From Arenicellales bacterium (GTDB taxonomy: Bacteria; Pseudomonadota; Gammaproteobacteria; BMS3Bbin11): a stretch of DNA of 64,000 nucleotides. Positions 50,625 through 61,803 of the stretch are shown here, piece after piece. Numbering within the stretch: position 1 is the stretch's first letter; each line of letters opens with the position of its first letter. The DNA lies in contig JARFQE010000055.1 in the NCBI GenBank assembly GCA_029287915.1, positions 293-64,292 of the forward strand. Direction: 5' to 3'. The position numbers were made by a program, and so were the translations under genes. A model generated the notes under the pieces. It searched no databases. It was not told the origin of the DNA and saw only the letters and a list, made by a program, of their open reading frames with translations.

Positions 50625-52076
50625 TTAGCGTTTCCAGAATTCTGGTGTCAAAACTACCAGCAGAGAGAATAACTCGAGCCTGCCGAGTAGCATTGCAAAG
50701 CTCAGGATCCACTTACCAGAATCACTTATTGAACGGTAATTGTCAGCGACATCACCAAGGCCTGGACCGAGGTTATTGAGACAGGCTGCAGTGGCAGAGA
50801 ATGCCGTAACGATATCTGAGCCACTCATCATCATAAGCAGGCCGAGGGAGGTGAAACTGATTACGTAAAGCGCAAAAAAACCCCATACGGCATTAATGAC
50901 ATTATCCGTCACTGGACGTTTATTCAGTTTTATTGGCAGCACAGCATTGGGATGTAGAAGACTATCAATTTCACGCCGGCCCTGACGAATCAACAGTTCG
51001 ACTCGAATGACCTTCATACCTCCTGCTGTGGAGCCCGCGCAACCACCGACAAAACTGCCGATGATCAGCAATACGGGAAGAAGTCCTGGCCAGTAACTGA
51101 AACTACTGGTTGTGAAACCAGTGGTGGTTGAGATTGATATGACCTGAAAAAGGCCGAGGCGTATTGCATCTACTGTTTCTTCAAATGTACCCTCGATAAG
51201 TAACAGGCTAATAGTAATGACAGAAAGTACAGCCAGTATTAAAAAAAAGGCCTTGACCTCTGAGTCAGCAATATAATGTCGCAGGCTGCGATGGCGTAGT
51301 GCTAGATAGTGCAGAGAAAAATTGATGCCCGCGATCACCATAAACAGCATAACGATAACGTCTATCAGGGGATTATTGAAATAAGCAATGCTTGCATCAT
51401 GGGTGGAGAACCCACCTATTGCCAGAGTAGAGAAGCTGTGTCCAATGGCATCGAACAGGCTCATGCCGGCTAAAAAATAGAGTGCTGCGCAGAGTACGGT
51501 AAGACCAAAATATATATACCATAGGGCCTTGGCAGTTTCGGTGATACGTGGTGTCAGTTTGTTGTTTGTCATCGGGCCTGTTGCTTCAGCGCGGAATAAC
51601 TGCATTCCACCAACACCAAGGATAGGTGCAATGGCGACTGCCAGTACGATGATGCCCATGCCACCGAGCCATTGTAATTGCTGGCGGTAATAGAGAATAG
51701 AGCGTGGTAGATGATCGAGGCCTGTCAGCACCGTGGCACCAGTTGTTGTCAGTCCAGACATGGATTCAAAAACCGCATCTACAACATTCATATCAGGGTT
51801 TTCGACCAGTAAGAAGGGCAGGGCGCCAGACAGGGCGAGCACCAACCAGAACAATACAACTATAAGAAAGCCATCACGTATTCGCAGGTCATCTATAATG
51901 TTACGGTTCGGTAGCCACATCAGTGTGCCAAGTAGAAGTAGTACACCCCAGGATTGCATGAAAACCAAATGCGTACCATCATTGTCAAACCAGCCTATTA
52001 TAAGAGGTGGCAGCAGGCTGGCGCTGAATATGAATAGTAAAAAACCAAGAACTTTGAGGATGAGACGAGTTTGCAT
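50625..52076 (-). CDS. trkH: Trk potassium uptake membrane protein
   Basis: SGLTTTG, LGGMG, GGFS, TTTGF, GGCAGSTAGG, NNLGPG, LGRLE. Confidence 0.95.
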   Translation of the reverse strand: MQTRLILKVLGFLLFIFSASLLPPLIIGWFDNDGTHLVFMQSWGVLLLLGTLMWLPNRNIIDDLRIRDGFLIVVLFWLVLALSGALPFLLVENPDMNVVDAVFESMSGLTTTGATVLTGLDHLPRSILYYRQQLQWLGGMGIIVLAVAIAPILGVGGMQLFRAEATGPMTNNKLTPRITETAKALWYIYFGLTVLCAALYFLAGMSLFDAIGHSFSTLAIGGFSTHDASIAYFNNPLIDVIVMLFMVIAGINFSLHYLALRHRSLRHYIADSEVKAFFLILAVLSVITISLLLIEGTFEETVDAIRLGLFQVISISTTTGFTTSSFSYWPGLLPVLLIIGSFVGGCAGSTAGGMKVIRVELLIRQGRREIDSLLHPNAVLPIKLNKRPVTDNVINAVWGFFALYVISFTSLGLLMMMSGSDIVTAFSATAACLNNLGPGLGDVADNYRSISDSGKWILSFAMLLGRLELFSLLVVLTPEFWKR

Positions 52077-52093
52077 GTAAATTTTGAAGAATT

Positions 52094-53470
52094 TTAAATA
52101 AAGAAGGCGCTGACCTGAAACAGGGCTACCACTTCATCTATATGCTTTTTCTCCTGCACGAACAGAATGACATGGTCCTCGTTAACGATAACCGTATCAT
52201 GATGCGGAATAATAACTTCATCGCTGCGCAGGATAGCGCCGATAATTGTTCCCTTCGGTAACGGAATCTCATCTATTCGTCGACCGACCACCTTGCTTGA
52301 CTGGTCATCCAGAGCGATGGCCTCAATTGCTTCTGCTGTGCCCAGGCGCAGCGAATGTACAGCTTCGAGGGCTCCTGTACGGAATTTTGGTAACACACTG
52401 CCGATTGTTGCCTGCTTCGGAGAATAGGCAATGTCGATCATGGTACGTTCAATTAGGTCGGCGTAAGCAGTACGGTTTACGATTGACATGACCCTGCGTG
52501 CACCGAGCTGTTTCGCCAGCATGGCAGACAGGATGTTGGCTTCATCGTCATTGGTAATAGCACAGAACACATCCATTTTATCGATGTTTTCCATTTTCAG
52601 TAATTCTTCATCGGCAGAATCACCAATCAGAACAATAGTACGTTTGAGATGTTTCGAAACTTCATTAGCCCGCTCAGGGCTACGTTCAATCAGTTTGACC
52701 TTATAGTTTTTCTGTTCCAGCGCTTCCGCCAGACGGAAACCAATATTTCCTGCACCAGCAAGCATGATTGTACGGACTGGTTTGTCCAGCTTACGCATTT
52801 CACTCATCACGGCTCGGATATGTTCCGTCGCGGCAATGAAGAAGACTTCATCATTGACTTCAATTACTGTTTCTCCATCAGGCATGATTGCCTGGCCCTG
52901 TCTATAGATGGCGACAACACGAGTATCTATATTGGACAAATGATTTTTTAGCTCACGTAAATGATGGCCGACTAGAGGGCCATCATGATAGGCCTTGATG
53001 GCGACCAGCTGAACTCGACCATCTGCAAAATCAAGCACTTGCAGGGCACCGGGTCGTTCAATCAGTCTTTGCAACTCGGTGGTAACAATCTGCTCAGGAC
53101 TGATGATGTAATCAACACCGAGTCCCCCTTCAGCAAAGAGCCTGTCCTCATGGACGTATTGCGTCGCGCGTATGCGAGCAATTTTTTTTGGAGTATTAAA
53201 CAGGATTGCTGCGATTTGACAGGCAGCAATATTGGTTTCATCGCTGTTGGTAACGGCCAGGACAAGTTCAGCATCATCACCACCAGCCTCACGTAGAATG
53301 TCGGGATGTGAGGCATGACCATGTACGGTACGGATATCGAACCTGTTTTGCAGCAAACTCAGGCGTTCATCGTCCATGTCAACGAGAGTTATATCTCCTC
53401 CAGCCTCACGTGACAGGATTTCGGTGATTGATGTGCCTACCTGTCCGGCACCGAGTATGATAATTTTCAT
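52094..53470 (-). CDS. trkA: Trk system NAD-binding regulatory subunit
   Basis: MKIIILGAGQVG, two RCK domains, DDEANILSAMLAK. Confidence 0.96.
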   Translation of the reverse strand: MKIIILGAGQVGTSITEILSREAGGDITLVDMDDERLSLLQNRFDIRTVHGHASHPDILREAGGDDAELVLAVTNSDETNIAACQIAAILFNTPKKIARIRATQYVHEDRLFAEGGLGVDYIISPEQIVTTELQRLIERPGALQVLDFADGRVQLVAIKAYHDGPLVGHHLRELKNHLSNIDTRVVAIYRQGQAIMPDGETVIEVNDEVFFIAATEHIRAVMSEMRKLDKPVRTIMLAGAGNIGFRLAEALEQKNYKVKLIERSPERANEVSKHLKRTIVLIGDSADEELLKMENIDKMDVFCAITNDDEANILSAMLAKQLGARRVMSIVNRTAYADLIERTMIDIAYSPKQATIGSVLPKFRTGALEAVHSLRLGTAEAIEAIALDDQSSKVVGRRIDEIPLPKGTIIGAILRSDEVIIPHHDTVIVNEDHVILFVQEKKHIDEVVALFQVSAFFI

Positions 53471-53481
53471 GGCACTACACT

Positions 53482-54852
53482 TTAATGTTTACGGCTATTC
53501 TTTGGATTGATATCAAGCGCTTTTAGCTTGCGATAGAGATGTGTTCTTTCCATACCTACTATCTTTGCAAGTTCACTGACATTGCCGCCTACCTGTTTCA
53601 GGTGATGCAGTAAGTAAGTGCGTTCGAAATCATCACGTGCATCCCGTAATGACTGATCATAATGTGGTGTATACTCTGGCGAAACGACTGTGGCAGTGCG
53701 ACTCCCCAGCGCTGCTTGTACTTCCTCAACGCTAACTTCTTCTCCACGATTTAATATCAGCAAACGCTGAACCAGGTTTTTTAATTCACGTACATTCCCT
53801 GGCCAGCTGTACTGCCGGAGGATGTTCAAAGAAGCAGTTGAGAAACGCCGTCCTGGCAGGTGCTCGACGTTGACCATATAGTCTATAAAATACTCAATCA
53901 ACATTTCGACATCCTCAGAATGCTCACGCAGAGGAGGGATGTTGATGGGGATGACATTCAGTCGGTAGTAAAGGTCTTCGCGAAATCGGCCTGCGGTCAC
54001 CTCTTCTTCAAGCTTATGTGAAGTGGCTGCAATTACACGCACATCGAGTGTAACCACTGAGTTGCCGCCGACACGCAGGAACTGGTTTTCTCTCAGGGCA
54101 CCAATCAGTTTGGCCTGGGTATCGAGGTCCATATCGGCTATCTCATCAAGCAGCAGAGTGCCACCCCGGGCCTGCTCAAACGAACCGGTTGTAACAACCC
54201 CGTCTTTTTCCGAGCCAAACATTTGTACCGCAATGTTTTCAACCGGGATAGCGGCAAGGTTAATTGTTACCAGTTCAGCATCAGCCCGTGGACTTAATTT
54301 ATGAATCATGCGAGCAGCAACTTCTTTGCCACTGCCTGGTTCTCCACTGATTAGAACCCAGCTCTCTGTATTAGCGACAAGCTTTATCTTTTCTCGTAGC
54401 TGTTGCATGCTTTGGCTGTCACCGATCAGTTCGTTAACCGGTTGCAATTGCCTGCGCAACTGAACATTTTCATTACGCAGCTGCATATTTTGCAGAGCAC
54501 GCTGTACGGTGACTGTAAGTTTAGCCATCGACAGTGGCTTCTCAAGAAAATCATAAGCACCATAACGTATTGCATCGACAGCTGTTTCAACACTACCATG
54601 CCCTGACATCATTACGATTGAGGGTGGTGTTTCTTCAGTATCTATCCACTCCTTAAGTAGTGTTATGCCATCGGTGCCGGGCATCCAGATATCAAGTAAT
54701 ACAAGGTCAGGATTAAACTCTTTAAGTGCGATGCGGGCTTCTTCAGCATTGCCGGCGGTTGTTACTATGTAACCTTCATCTTCGAGAATTTCCTGCACCA
54801 GGCGGCAGATTTCTGGTTCATCATCAGTGATCAGAATGCGGTTATTTTTCAT
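53482..54852 (-). CDS. ntrX: NtrX-like sigma-54 type response regulator
   Basis: REC (LDIWMP), AAA+ (GEPGSGKE, FREDLYYRLNV), Fis HTH (MERTHLYRKL); no GAFTGA motif. Confidence 0.88.
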   Translation of the reverse strand: MKNNRILITDDEPEICRLVQEILEDEGYIVTTAGNAEEARIALKEFNPDLVLLDIWMPGTDGITLLKEWIDTEETPPSIVMMSGHGSVETAVDAIRYGAYDFLEKPLSMAKLTVTVQRALQNMQLRNENVQLRRQLQPVNELIGDSQSMQQLREKIKLVANTESWVLISGEPGSGKEVAARMIHKLSPRADAELVTINLAAIPVENIAVQMFGSEKDGVVTTGSFEQARGGTLLLDEIADMDLDTQAKLIGALRENQFLRVGGNSVVTLDVRVIAATSHKLEEEVTAGRFREDLYYRLNVIPINIPPLREHSEDVEMLIEYFIDYMVNVEHLPGRRFSTASLNILRQYSWPGNVRELKNLVQRLLILNRGEEVSVEEVQAALGSRTATVVSPEYTPHYDQSLRDARDDFERTYLLHHLKQVGGNVSELAKIVGMERTHLYRKLKALDINPKNSRKH

Positions 54853-57094
54853 CGTTACTTGTTATGAATTGTTCTTGTTTATTCAATATGGTCATTTTAA
54901 CTGGCAATTGTATGGTAAAGCAGGTGCCGCTATTTTTCATATTTTTCGCCCAGATAGTCCCTCCATGTTCATCAATAATCTTCTTGACGATAGCCAGCCC
55001 AAGGCCGCTGCCTTTTTTCTTGCTTGTGACATAAGGCTCAAATAGTTTATCCATCAGCTCATTCTGAATACCAGGTCCATTGTCTTCAACACGTATAGTG
55101 ACTATCTTTTCTTCTTTGCCTGTACCTGATTTAGTGCTGATATACAGGGTTGCTTTATCAGTATCCTGAAGTGCCTGCAGAGCGTTGACGATTAGATTGT
55201 TAAATACCTGACGCATGCGTCCAGAATCCAGCATCATTGGAGGAATAGAGTCATCCAGAGATAACCTGATATCAACCTGTCCGGAATGACCTTTATGCAG
55301 TTCTACCACATCAGCAAGCAGCTGATTAAGGTCTACATCATTGATATTCATGCTGACGGGTTGAGCATAGCTGGAAAAGGCATTGACCATCTCCTTCATG
55401 GATTCTACCTGCTCTGATATGGTGCGAGTAGCCCGATCCAGAGTTTGTTTCTCAGCTTCATCCAGGGTATGCAGATACTTATGCCGTATCCGTTCAGCAG
55501 ATAACTGAATTGGTGTCAGTGGGTTTTTGATTTCGTGTGCCAGCCGGCGTGCCACTTCACCCCACGCTGCATCGCGCTGCGCCTGTAACATTGCAGTGAT
55601 ATCGTCGAAGACAAAAACATAACCTGAGCCTTCTGGCTGGTTACCGGGTAGTCGTGTGCCGCGGCAAAGTAAAACCTGTTTACCGCGTGAGCTGAACAAT
55701 GTTATTTCTTCATTCCACTCAGGACGGTTTGCAGATATAGTATTATTAAGGATGGTAAAAAATTTTTTATGTGGTGCCAGTTTCTTTGTCAGAGACAGTA
55801 TGTCCTGATCATATAGGTCATCCAGATTATCTATATCAAGTATCTCGCATGCCCGATTATTATGTGTGCGTAACCTGCGATTGGCATCAAAAGAGAGCAC
55901 GCCAGAAGACAGGTGGCTAAGCACCGTTTCCAGATAGGTATGCTGTTCTACCAGCTTCATCTTGCTCTGTTCGGCATTTTCACGTGCCCGGGCAATTTGC
56001 TGGGTCATGCGATTGAATGATTCGATTAATATGCCCAGTTCGTCATGACTAGTTACAGGCAGATGAGTATTGTAATTGCCGTCGGCGACAGCCTGCGTGC
56101 CCACGGCTAGTTCACGTAACGGGGAGGCCAGGCGACGGGCAGAAAAAGTGGCCGTCCATACCGCCAGCAACAGGGTCATCAGGCTGACCAGACTCAGGGT
56201 CATAATAAAGCCGAATTTAATCGGGCCGCGCAAATAAAGAAGCCGGTCATACTCGCTGATAGCCGCATTAATACTTGATTCCAGATTTGCAAAACGAAGA
56301 GGAATGGGTTTGATTGCCTGGAGGATATGAGGGGGCATACCCAAAGTTGAAGGAGGCACGATAACAGCAATTCTAAGTATACGGCTACCATCAACCCCTA
56401 TTTCCTGGTTTGCATAGACTGGACTGGTGTCGAGTGCAGTGAAGACTCGTTCGTCAGGCTGAGAGGGCAGTAATGTTGCTGGTTGCATGGAGCTGGAAGC
56501 AAGAATTTGTCCACTCTGGGTAAACATGGCTGTTTCACTGTATTCCTCTTCACGCCGAATTTTGTCTAGCAGGCTGATCAATTCGAGGCTGTCCACTGCT
56601 TCCTCTACCTCTGCAACATACCGAACGAGTGTCTCAACCTGGTTTTCTTTTAGCGATTTCAGCGATACCTGGCCGAGTAAAGTGGCATCAGACATGGCCT
56701 GTTCAATACGCACATCAAACCAGCTATCAATGCCATGATTAAGAAATTGTATCGATATGTAATAGACCACTGATAATGGAAGAAAGGCAAGCAGCGTGAA
56801 TATTCCGACCATCCGTAATGTCAGCCGGGAGCCAATGACTTTAGCCTGCACCTGCCTGATCAGCTTGTAGATACTGCCCAGGTTAAGCAAAAGCAGAATA
56901 AATATGCCTAGTAGATTAATCACTAGCAGTGGGGCATAGAGATCAGCCAGCTTCGCTGTATTTTGTGCCGCAAAGCTTAATAGCAAAAGAGCTGCAAGCA
57001 GCAATAATGACAGAATAAGTGCCGGCACAGGACCGGCAAAGACGTTTTTCAGTATATGAGAGGCCACTCTGTCCACTTGCTGTTGAGGTGCCAT
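54842..57094 (-). CDS. ntrY: NtrY-like HAMP/PAS sensor histidine kinase
   Basis: AAWGEVARRLAHEIKNPLTPIQLSAER, KGSGLGL; rsmB-DUF4390-ntrYX-trkAH synteny; exact start uncertain. Confidence 0.88.
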   Translation of the reverse strand: MAPQQQVDRVASHILKNVFAGPVPALILSLLLLAALLLLSFAAQNTAKLADLYAPLLVINLLGIFILLLLNLGSIYKLIRQVQAKVIGSRLTLRMVGIFTLLAFLPLSVVYYISIQFLNHGIDSWFDVRIEQAMSDATLLGQVSLKSLKENQVETLVRYVAEVEEAVDSLELISLLDKIRREEEYSETAMFTQSGQILASSSMQPATLLPSQPDERVFTALDTSPVYANQEIGVDGSRILRIAVIVPPSTLGMPPHILQAIKPIPLRFANLESSINAAISEYDRLLYLRGPIKFGFIMTLSLVSLMTLLLAVWTATFSARRLASPLRELAVGTQAVADGNYNTHLPVTSHDELGILIESFNRMTQQIARARENAEQSKMKLVEQHTYLETVLSHLSSGVLSFDANRRLRTHNNRACEILDIDNLDDLYDQDILSLTKKLAPHKKFFTILNNTISANRPEWNEEITLFSSRGKQVLLCRGTRLPGNQPEGSGYVFVFDDITAMLQAQRDAAWGEVARRLAHEIKNPLTPIQLSAERIRHKYLHTLDEAEKQTLDRATRTISEQVESMKEMVNAFSSYAQPVSMNINDVDLNQLLADVVELHKGHSGQVDIRLSLDDSIPPMMLDSGRMRQVFNNLIVNALQALQDTDKATLYISTKSGTGKEEKIVTIRVEDNGPGIQNELMDKLFEPYVTSKKKGSGLGLAIVKKIIDEHGGTIWAKNMKNSGTCFTIQLPVKMTILNKQEQFITSNDEK

Positions 57095-57624
57095 GATGAT
57101 GAGAAATAGGCCAGAGGTCTCATCATAGCGGGTAATTGACCCAGATCGAGTTTGACGCGTGCTTCGAGTATATATTTTTTGTCATCTCGCAAGGTTTGCG
57201 GTAATGGCAAGCTTAAATCGTTGAATACACCTAATCGCTCCAGTGCCGCATGCTCGTTATCGAAGGCCTCCTCCTGGTTAAGCAGATCCGGTCTACTGAC
57301 CACATATTCACCTGATACCGGTTTGTACGAGATAGCGATGGGAACAGTCCAAACGGCAAGTTCTTTATCCCAGATATAATTGCGAACACGACGCAGCACA
57401 AACTCCAGGTTCAACTGTAGAGGGATACTTTTACTCAGCGCTTTTTTAACATCATCAGTCAGTTTCAGGGTGAGGTTTCCGTCAACCTGTATAGACTGAC
57501 CATCCAGGCGAGCCTTAATCTGATCTATGGAAAAGCCCCCACTAATTGCTGCACTGGACCACAAAGTGATCAACAGGGACAGGCATGCTAGGAAGAGTTT
57601 GTTAGTTTTTTTGCAGGCAAGCAT
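57049..57624 (-). CDS. DUF4390 family periplasmic protein
   Basis: Signal peptide; ALSKSIPL, LD..QLP..MRP...W.L.S.W; position between rsmB and ntrY; start uncertain. Confidence 0.8.
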   Translation of the reverse strand: MLACKKTNKLFLACLSLLITLWSSAAISGGFSIDQIKARLDGQSIQVDGNLTLKLTDDVKKALSKSIPLQLNLEFVLRRVRNYIWDKELAVWTVPIAISYKPVSGEYVVSRPDLLNQEEAFDNEHAALERLGVFNDLSLPLPQTLRDDKKYILEARVKLDLGQLPAMMRPLAYFSSSWHLNSKWTEWPLIY

Positions 57625-58921
57625 AAAAGAAGCCATCCATCTGGTGTTCGCCGGGTAGAATTTGCAATCCATGTTGACGTGACTGACCATAGTTTACATC
57701 TAACTCACGCTCCTTTGCAGTCTCTTCTTCAGACAGGAAGCAATGAATAACATTTTCATTCTCCTGTGGCAGTATAGAGCATGTGGCGTAGAGTAATTTC
57801 CCATTATCTTTGAGTAGTGGCCACAGCGCATGCAGAAATCTTAGCTGCTGATCTGCGAGTTGTTTGATATCACTGGCTCTACGAAGCAGCTTGATATCCG
57901 GATGTCGTCGTATTACACCGCTACCTGAGCACGGTGCATCGAGCAGAATGCGGTCGTATTTCTGACCTGAGGACCAGCTTTCCGGGCTACTGGCATCCCC
58001 CTCTATAATCTCGACTTTATGTCCCAGTCTTTGCATATTGTCGGTGATGCGTAGCAGTCGTTGAGGATCTAATTCCAATGCTGTAAGTTTCACCTTGCCA
58101 GCAGAGGCCTCCATAATATGAGCTGCTTTACCACCGGGTGCAGCACAGGCATCAAGTACATGCTGATTATTCTGCAGATCAAGAAAGCCAGCGGCGAGCT
58201 GAGGTGCAACATCCTGAATCGACACCAGACCTTTGTCAAAGCCTGGTAACTTATCTATCGAACAGGGAGATTTTAAAATAATAGCGGATGCACTTATGGG
58301 GCTACAACTGGCATCAATATTTACAGACCCCAGCATGTCGAGGTATTCATCCCTGCTTGTTCGCAGAGTGTTGACTCTGAGTGACATGGGCGCCTGTTTA
58401 TTGTTTTCTTCTGTTATGTCGCGCCATTGATAAGGCCACGCTGTCTGCAATAATTTTAACAGCCAGTCCGGGTGAGAGGTGTCTGCAACAGGAGATTTTT
58501 TGAGTTTGATTTCGAGTGCAGCGGCTTGTCTCAGGTAACTCCTTAGAACACCATTGACCAGTCCCTTTGCCCATTTTTTCTTTAGTGCATGAACGAGATT
58601 GACTGTCTCAGATACAACCCCGTGTCGGGCGATATCTGTTTTTGAAAGCTGAAACAAAGCGGTTAACAAAAGAAAATGTAAGTCCCTGTTTTTATTTTGT
58701 AATGGTTTGTCCAGTAGCAGGGATAGCAGCACTTCCTGCTGATGATACCAGCGCAATGTGCCAAGGCATACTGACCTGGCAAATGAAATATCGCGCACAT
58801 CATTGAGATTATTAATTCCCGCTACAGTCAGTGCACGTTCACTATTTAATCCTTTGTCTGCTACAAATTGTACAGCCCTGCATGCAACAAGTCTGGGCGA
58901 GGTAGTACTGGATTTAGTCAT
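57602..58921 (-). CDS. rsmB: 16S rRNA m5C967 methyltransferase
   Basis: NusB-like N-terminus, LDACAAPGGK, LDAPCSGSGVIRRHPD, YATCS, DGFFYA. Confidence 0.95.
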   Translation of the reverse strand: MTKSSTTSPRLVACRAVQFVADKGLNSERALTVAGINNLNDVRDISFARSVCLGTLRWYHQQEVLLSLLLDKPLQNKNRDLHFLLLTALFQLSKTDIARHGVVSETVNLVHALKKKWAKGLVNGVLRSYLRQAAALEIKLKKSPVADTSHPDWLLKLLQTAWPYQWRDITEENNKQAPMSLRVNTLRTSRDEYLDMLGSVNIDASCSPISASAIILKSPCSIDKLPGFDKGLVSIQDVAPQLAAGFLDLQNNQHVLDACAAPGGKAAHIMEASAGKVKLTALELDPQRLLRITDNMQRLGHKVEIIEGDASSPESWSSGQKYDRILLDAPCSGSGVIRRHPDIKLLRRASDIKQLADQQLRFLHALWPLLKDNGKLLYATCSILPQENENVIHCFLSEEETAKERELDVNYGQSRQHGLQILPGEHQMDGFFYACLQKN

Positions 58922-59852
58922 CAGCCGTGGACTTCAGTGTTGTCCCAGTGTCCAGTGGCATGCCATTGAGGAAATCAGCAGCGCGCAAAGGTTTACCGCC
59001 AGGGCGTTGTAGCTGTTGGATCTGTAGAACACCACTTCCACAGGCAATTCTAATGCCTGATCTATCAGCAGACAGTATGACTCCCGGCTCGGACTGATGC
59101 CCTTCATTACAACATTCAGCCTGCCAGATCTGTAGTTTTATACCCTTATACCAGGTCTGTGATCCTGGCCAGGGATTAAAGGCACGGATTCGCCGTGCCA
59201 GCAGATCACAATTTTCAGTCCAGTCGATATTGGCTTCATCTCTGCAGATTTTTTTTGCATATGTTGCAAGTTCTGTCTGCTGTGGGGTACTGTTTTCCTG
59301 ATATTGACTGAGGTTTGCCAGAACATCAGTGATAGCAAAAGCCCCGGTAAGCGAGAGGCGGTCATGCAGGGCCTCTGCAGTGTCTGATGGCTTGATGTCG
59401 ACCGGGTAACTGGCAAGTATTTCGCCAGTATCCAGGCCGGCATCCATCTGCATGATGGTGATACCCGATTCGGTATCGCCAGCTTCTATTGCGCGCTGTA
59501 TGGGAGCAGCACCGCGCCAGCGGGGCAGCAGGGAAGCATGAATATTCAGGCATCCATACCTGGGTATCTGCAATATATCAGCTGGCAGAATAACCCCATA
59601 GGCAACCACCACCATGACATCTGCTGAAAACTCTTTCATTCTTTCCGCACCCCCTTTCATGGTGGTTGGTTGTTCAACCACAAGACCATGATTTTGCGCA
59701 TATAGTTTTACAGGGGAAGGTCGTTTCTTTCGTCCTCGACCGGATTGGCGATCAGGCTGGGTATAGACAGCGACAACATCATGACCAGCATCTATCAGTG
59801 CCTCCAGTGCAGGGACTGAAAATTCTGGTGTACCGGCAAAAATGACTCTCAT
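58914..59852 (-). CDS. fmt: Methionyl-tRNA formyltransferase
   Basis: FAGTPEF, TQPDR, NIHASLLPRWRGAAPIQ, MDAGLDTG. Confidence 0.97.
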   Translation of the reverse strand: MRVIFAGTPEFSVPALEALIDAGHDVVAVYTQPDRQSGRGRKKRPSPVKLYAQNHGLVVEQPTTMKGGAERMKEFSADVMVVVAYGVILPADILQIPRYGCLNIHASLLPRWRGAAPIQRAIEAGDTESGITIMQMDAGLDTGEILASYPVDIKPSDTAEALHDRLSLTGAFAITDVLANLSQYQENSTPQQTELATYAKKICRDEANIDWTENCDLLARRIRAFNPWPGSQTWYKGIKLQIWQAECCNEGHQSEPGVILSADRSGIRIACGSGVLQIQQLQRPGGKPLRAADFLNGMPLDTGTTLKSTADD

Positions 59853-59897
59853 GAGTTAGTATCTACGTTTTATTTTATTTTTGGTTGGAGGCGAATA

Positions 59898-60398
59898 TCA
59901 GGTAATACGCAGTGTTTTCTTCATTTTCTTTCTAATACGTTCCTGTTTCAGGCGTGATAGATAGTCGACAAAAACTTTGCCATCAAGATGGTCTATTTCG
60001 TGCTGTATACAAATGCTCAGCAGTCCTTCGGCCTCCAGTTCGAACGATTCACCTTTTTTATCCTGCGCACGTACCTGGATTTTCTCGTAACGGTTGACCG
60101 GTGCATAGATGCCAGGAACAGACAGGCATCCTTCTTCAGTCTCTGCCTGGCCTTCGGAATCAATTATTTCTGGATTGACCATTGCCAGAAGTGAGTCTTT
60201 ACTTTCACTGATATCGACAACAATTATACGCTCCAGCACGTTAACCTGAGGAGCAGCCAGACCAATGCCGGGTGCAGAATACATAGTTTCACTCATGTTA
60301 TCGATTAGTTGCTGGATGCGGCTGTCGACCTGGTCAACAGGCTTTGCTTTTGCATGCAGCCGCTGATCCGGATAGATTAGTATGTCAAGTAAGGCCAT
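59898..60398 (-). CDS. def: Peptide deformylase
   Basis: GIGLAAPQ, EGCLS, QHEIDHL. Confidence 0.97.
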   Translation of the reverse strand: MALLDILIYPDQRLHAKAKPVDQVDSRIQQLIDNMSETMYSAPGIGLAAPQVNVLERIIVVDISESKDSLLAMVNPEIIDSEGQAETEEGCLSVPGIYAPVNRYEKIQVRAQDKKGESFELEAEGLLSICIQHEIDHLDGKVFVDYLSRLKQERIRKKMKKTLRIT

Positions 60399-60687
60399 AT
60401 TGGGTTTTGAAATTGTCAGTGAATATAGTTTTTACAATTATACCCTGTGACAATGAATGTGGGCTTCTTTTTAATCGTTTTTCGCAAGCATTCGATGAAT
60501 AAAGATCAGGAATATTTGCTCTGAAACTGAATTGCGTTGTAAGTTTAGAGTGAAATATGAAGAAATTACTTTAACTTGGTGCTATGATTCTTTGAAAACC
60601 CGATGGAAGTACGCCTTTTGTGGATAGCCGACATGGCTACAATCGGTGTATTCATCTAGACTGCCATAAAAAGACGGGATAGACCAC

Positions 60688-61737
60688 ATGAAGATTCTTA
60701 ACTCACTAAAAATTGTTCTTCTCCTGGCGGCGATAGCTGTCTCGGCAGCAGTGAGTGCTGCCACAGTTGAACTGGCTGACAATCACCCGGTTGATTATAC
60801 CGTGGTAAAAGGAGATACCCTGTGGGATATTGCAGGGAAATTTCTTAAAGATCCCTGGCGTTGGCCGGAGATATGGCGCCAGAACAGCTATATCCAGAAT
60901 CCCGATCTGATTTACCCGGGTGACAGGCTGGTGTTGAGATACAGTGAAGGAGAACCATACCTTGAGCATCTCAGCGGTCGCGAACGAGCTGCTCGCAAGG
61001 TTGTTAAAATGGGGCCGGCCGTTTATGTTGAAAAACTGGATGACGCTATCCCGTCAATCCCACCGCAGATTATTATGGCATTTTTGTCAGATCGCCAGGT
61101 TGTAGAATCTCGAAATCTCGACAACCTTGCTTATGTAACAGAAGGCATAAATCACGAAGTTATACTTGGCACATTGAGTGATATGTATGTACGTAAGATT
61201 GATGGTGCGCCTGGCTCAAGATTCAAAATCATCAGGATGCGAGGTGAGCTAGTCGATCCTGAAACTAAAAAAGTAATCGCTTATGAGACTGAAACGCTGG
61301 GTGAAGCGGAAATGATCCGACCCGGTGATCCAGCGAAGCTCAGAATCATCAAATCCAGTAAAGAAATCAATCAGGGCGACCGACTGGTGCCTGCTGTAAG
61401 TAAGTTGAGTCTGCCTTATTATCACCCCCAGGCCTTCAGGGAGAATATTTCCGTTAGTATCCTTGGTGCAGTTTCAGATCAGGCAACATATGGGCCTGGA
61501 GATGTAATTTCGCTATCTGCCGGTTCAGATCAGGGTCTGGAGCCTGGACACGTGCTACAGATAATGCGCGATCAGGGGGTCCAAAAAGATCCGGTCACGA
61601 AAAAGAAGTACAGATTACCCATTGAGCGAAGTGGCATCGTTATGATTTTCAAGACCTATGATAAAGTGAGCTATGGACTCATTATGCGTGCCTCTCAGGG
61701 TATTCGTGTCTACGACAAGGTTACAAATATAGAGTGA
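60688..61737 (+). CDS. LysM peptidoglycan-binding protein (TsaP-like)
   Basis: Signal peptide; YTVVKGDTLWDIA...PWRWPEIW...NPDLIYPGD; def/lysM-dprA synteny. Confidence 0.9.
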   Translation: MKILNSLKIVLLLAAIAVSAAVSAATVELADNHPVDYTVVKGDTLWDIAGKFLKDPWRWPEIWRQNSYIQNPDLIYPGDRLVLRYSEGEPYLEHLSGRERAARKVVKMGPAVYVEKLDDAIPSIPPQIIMAFLSDRQVVESRNLDNLAYVTEGINHEVILGTLSDMYVRKIDGAPGSRFKIIRMRGELVDPETKKVIAYETETLGEAEMIRPGDPAKLRIIKSSKEINQGDRLVPAVSKLSLPYYHPQAFRENISVSILGAVSDQATYGPGDVISLSAGSDQGLEPGHVLQIMRDQGVQKDPVTKKKYRLPIERSGIVMIFKTYDKVSYGLIMRASQGIRVYDKVTNIE

Positions 61738-61803
61738 GCGGGTAATTCCTTTTGCCGATATAGGCAATTTTTCCTCAACGAAGGCCAGGGACAGGGATAG
61801 TCT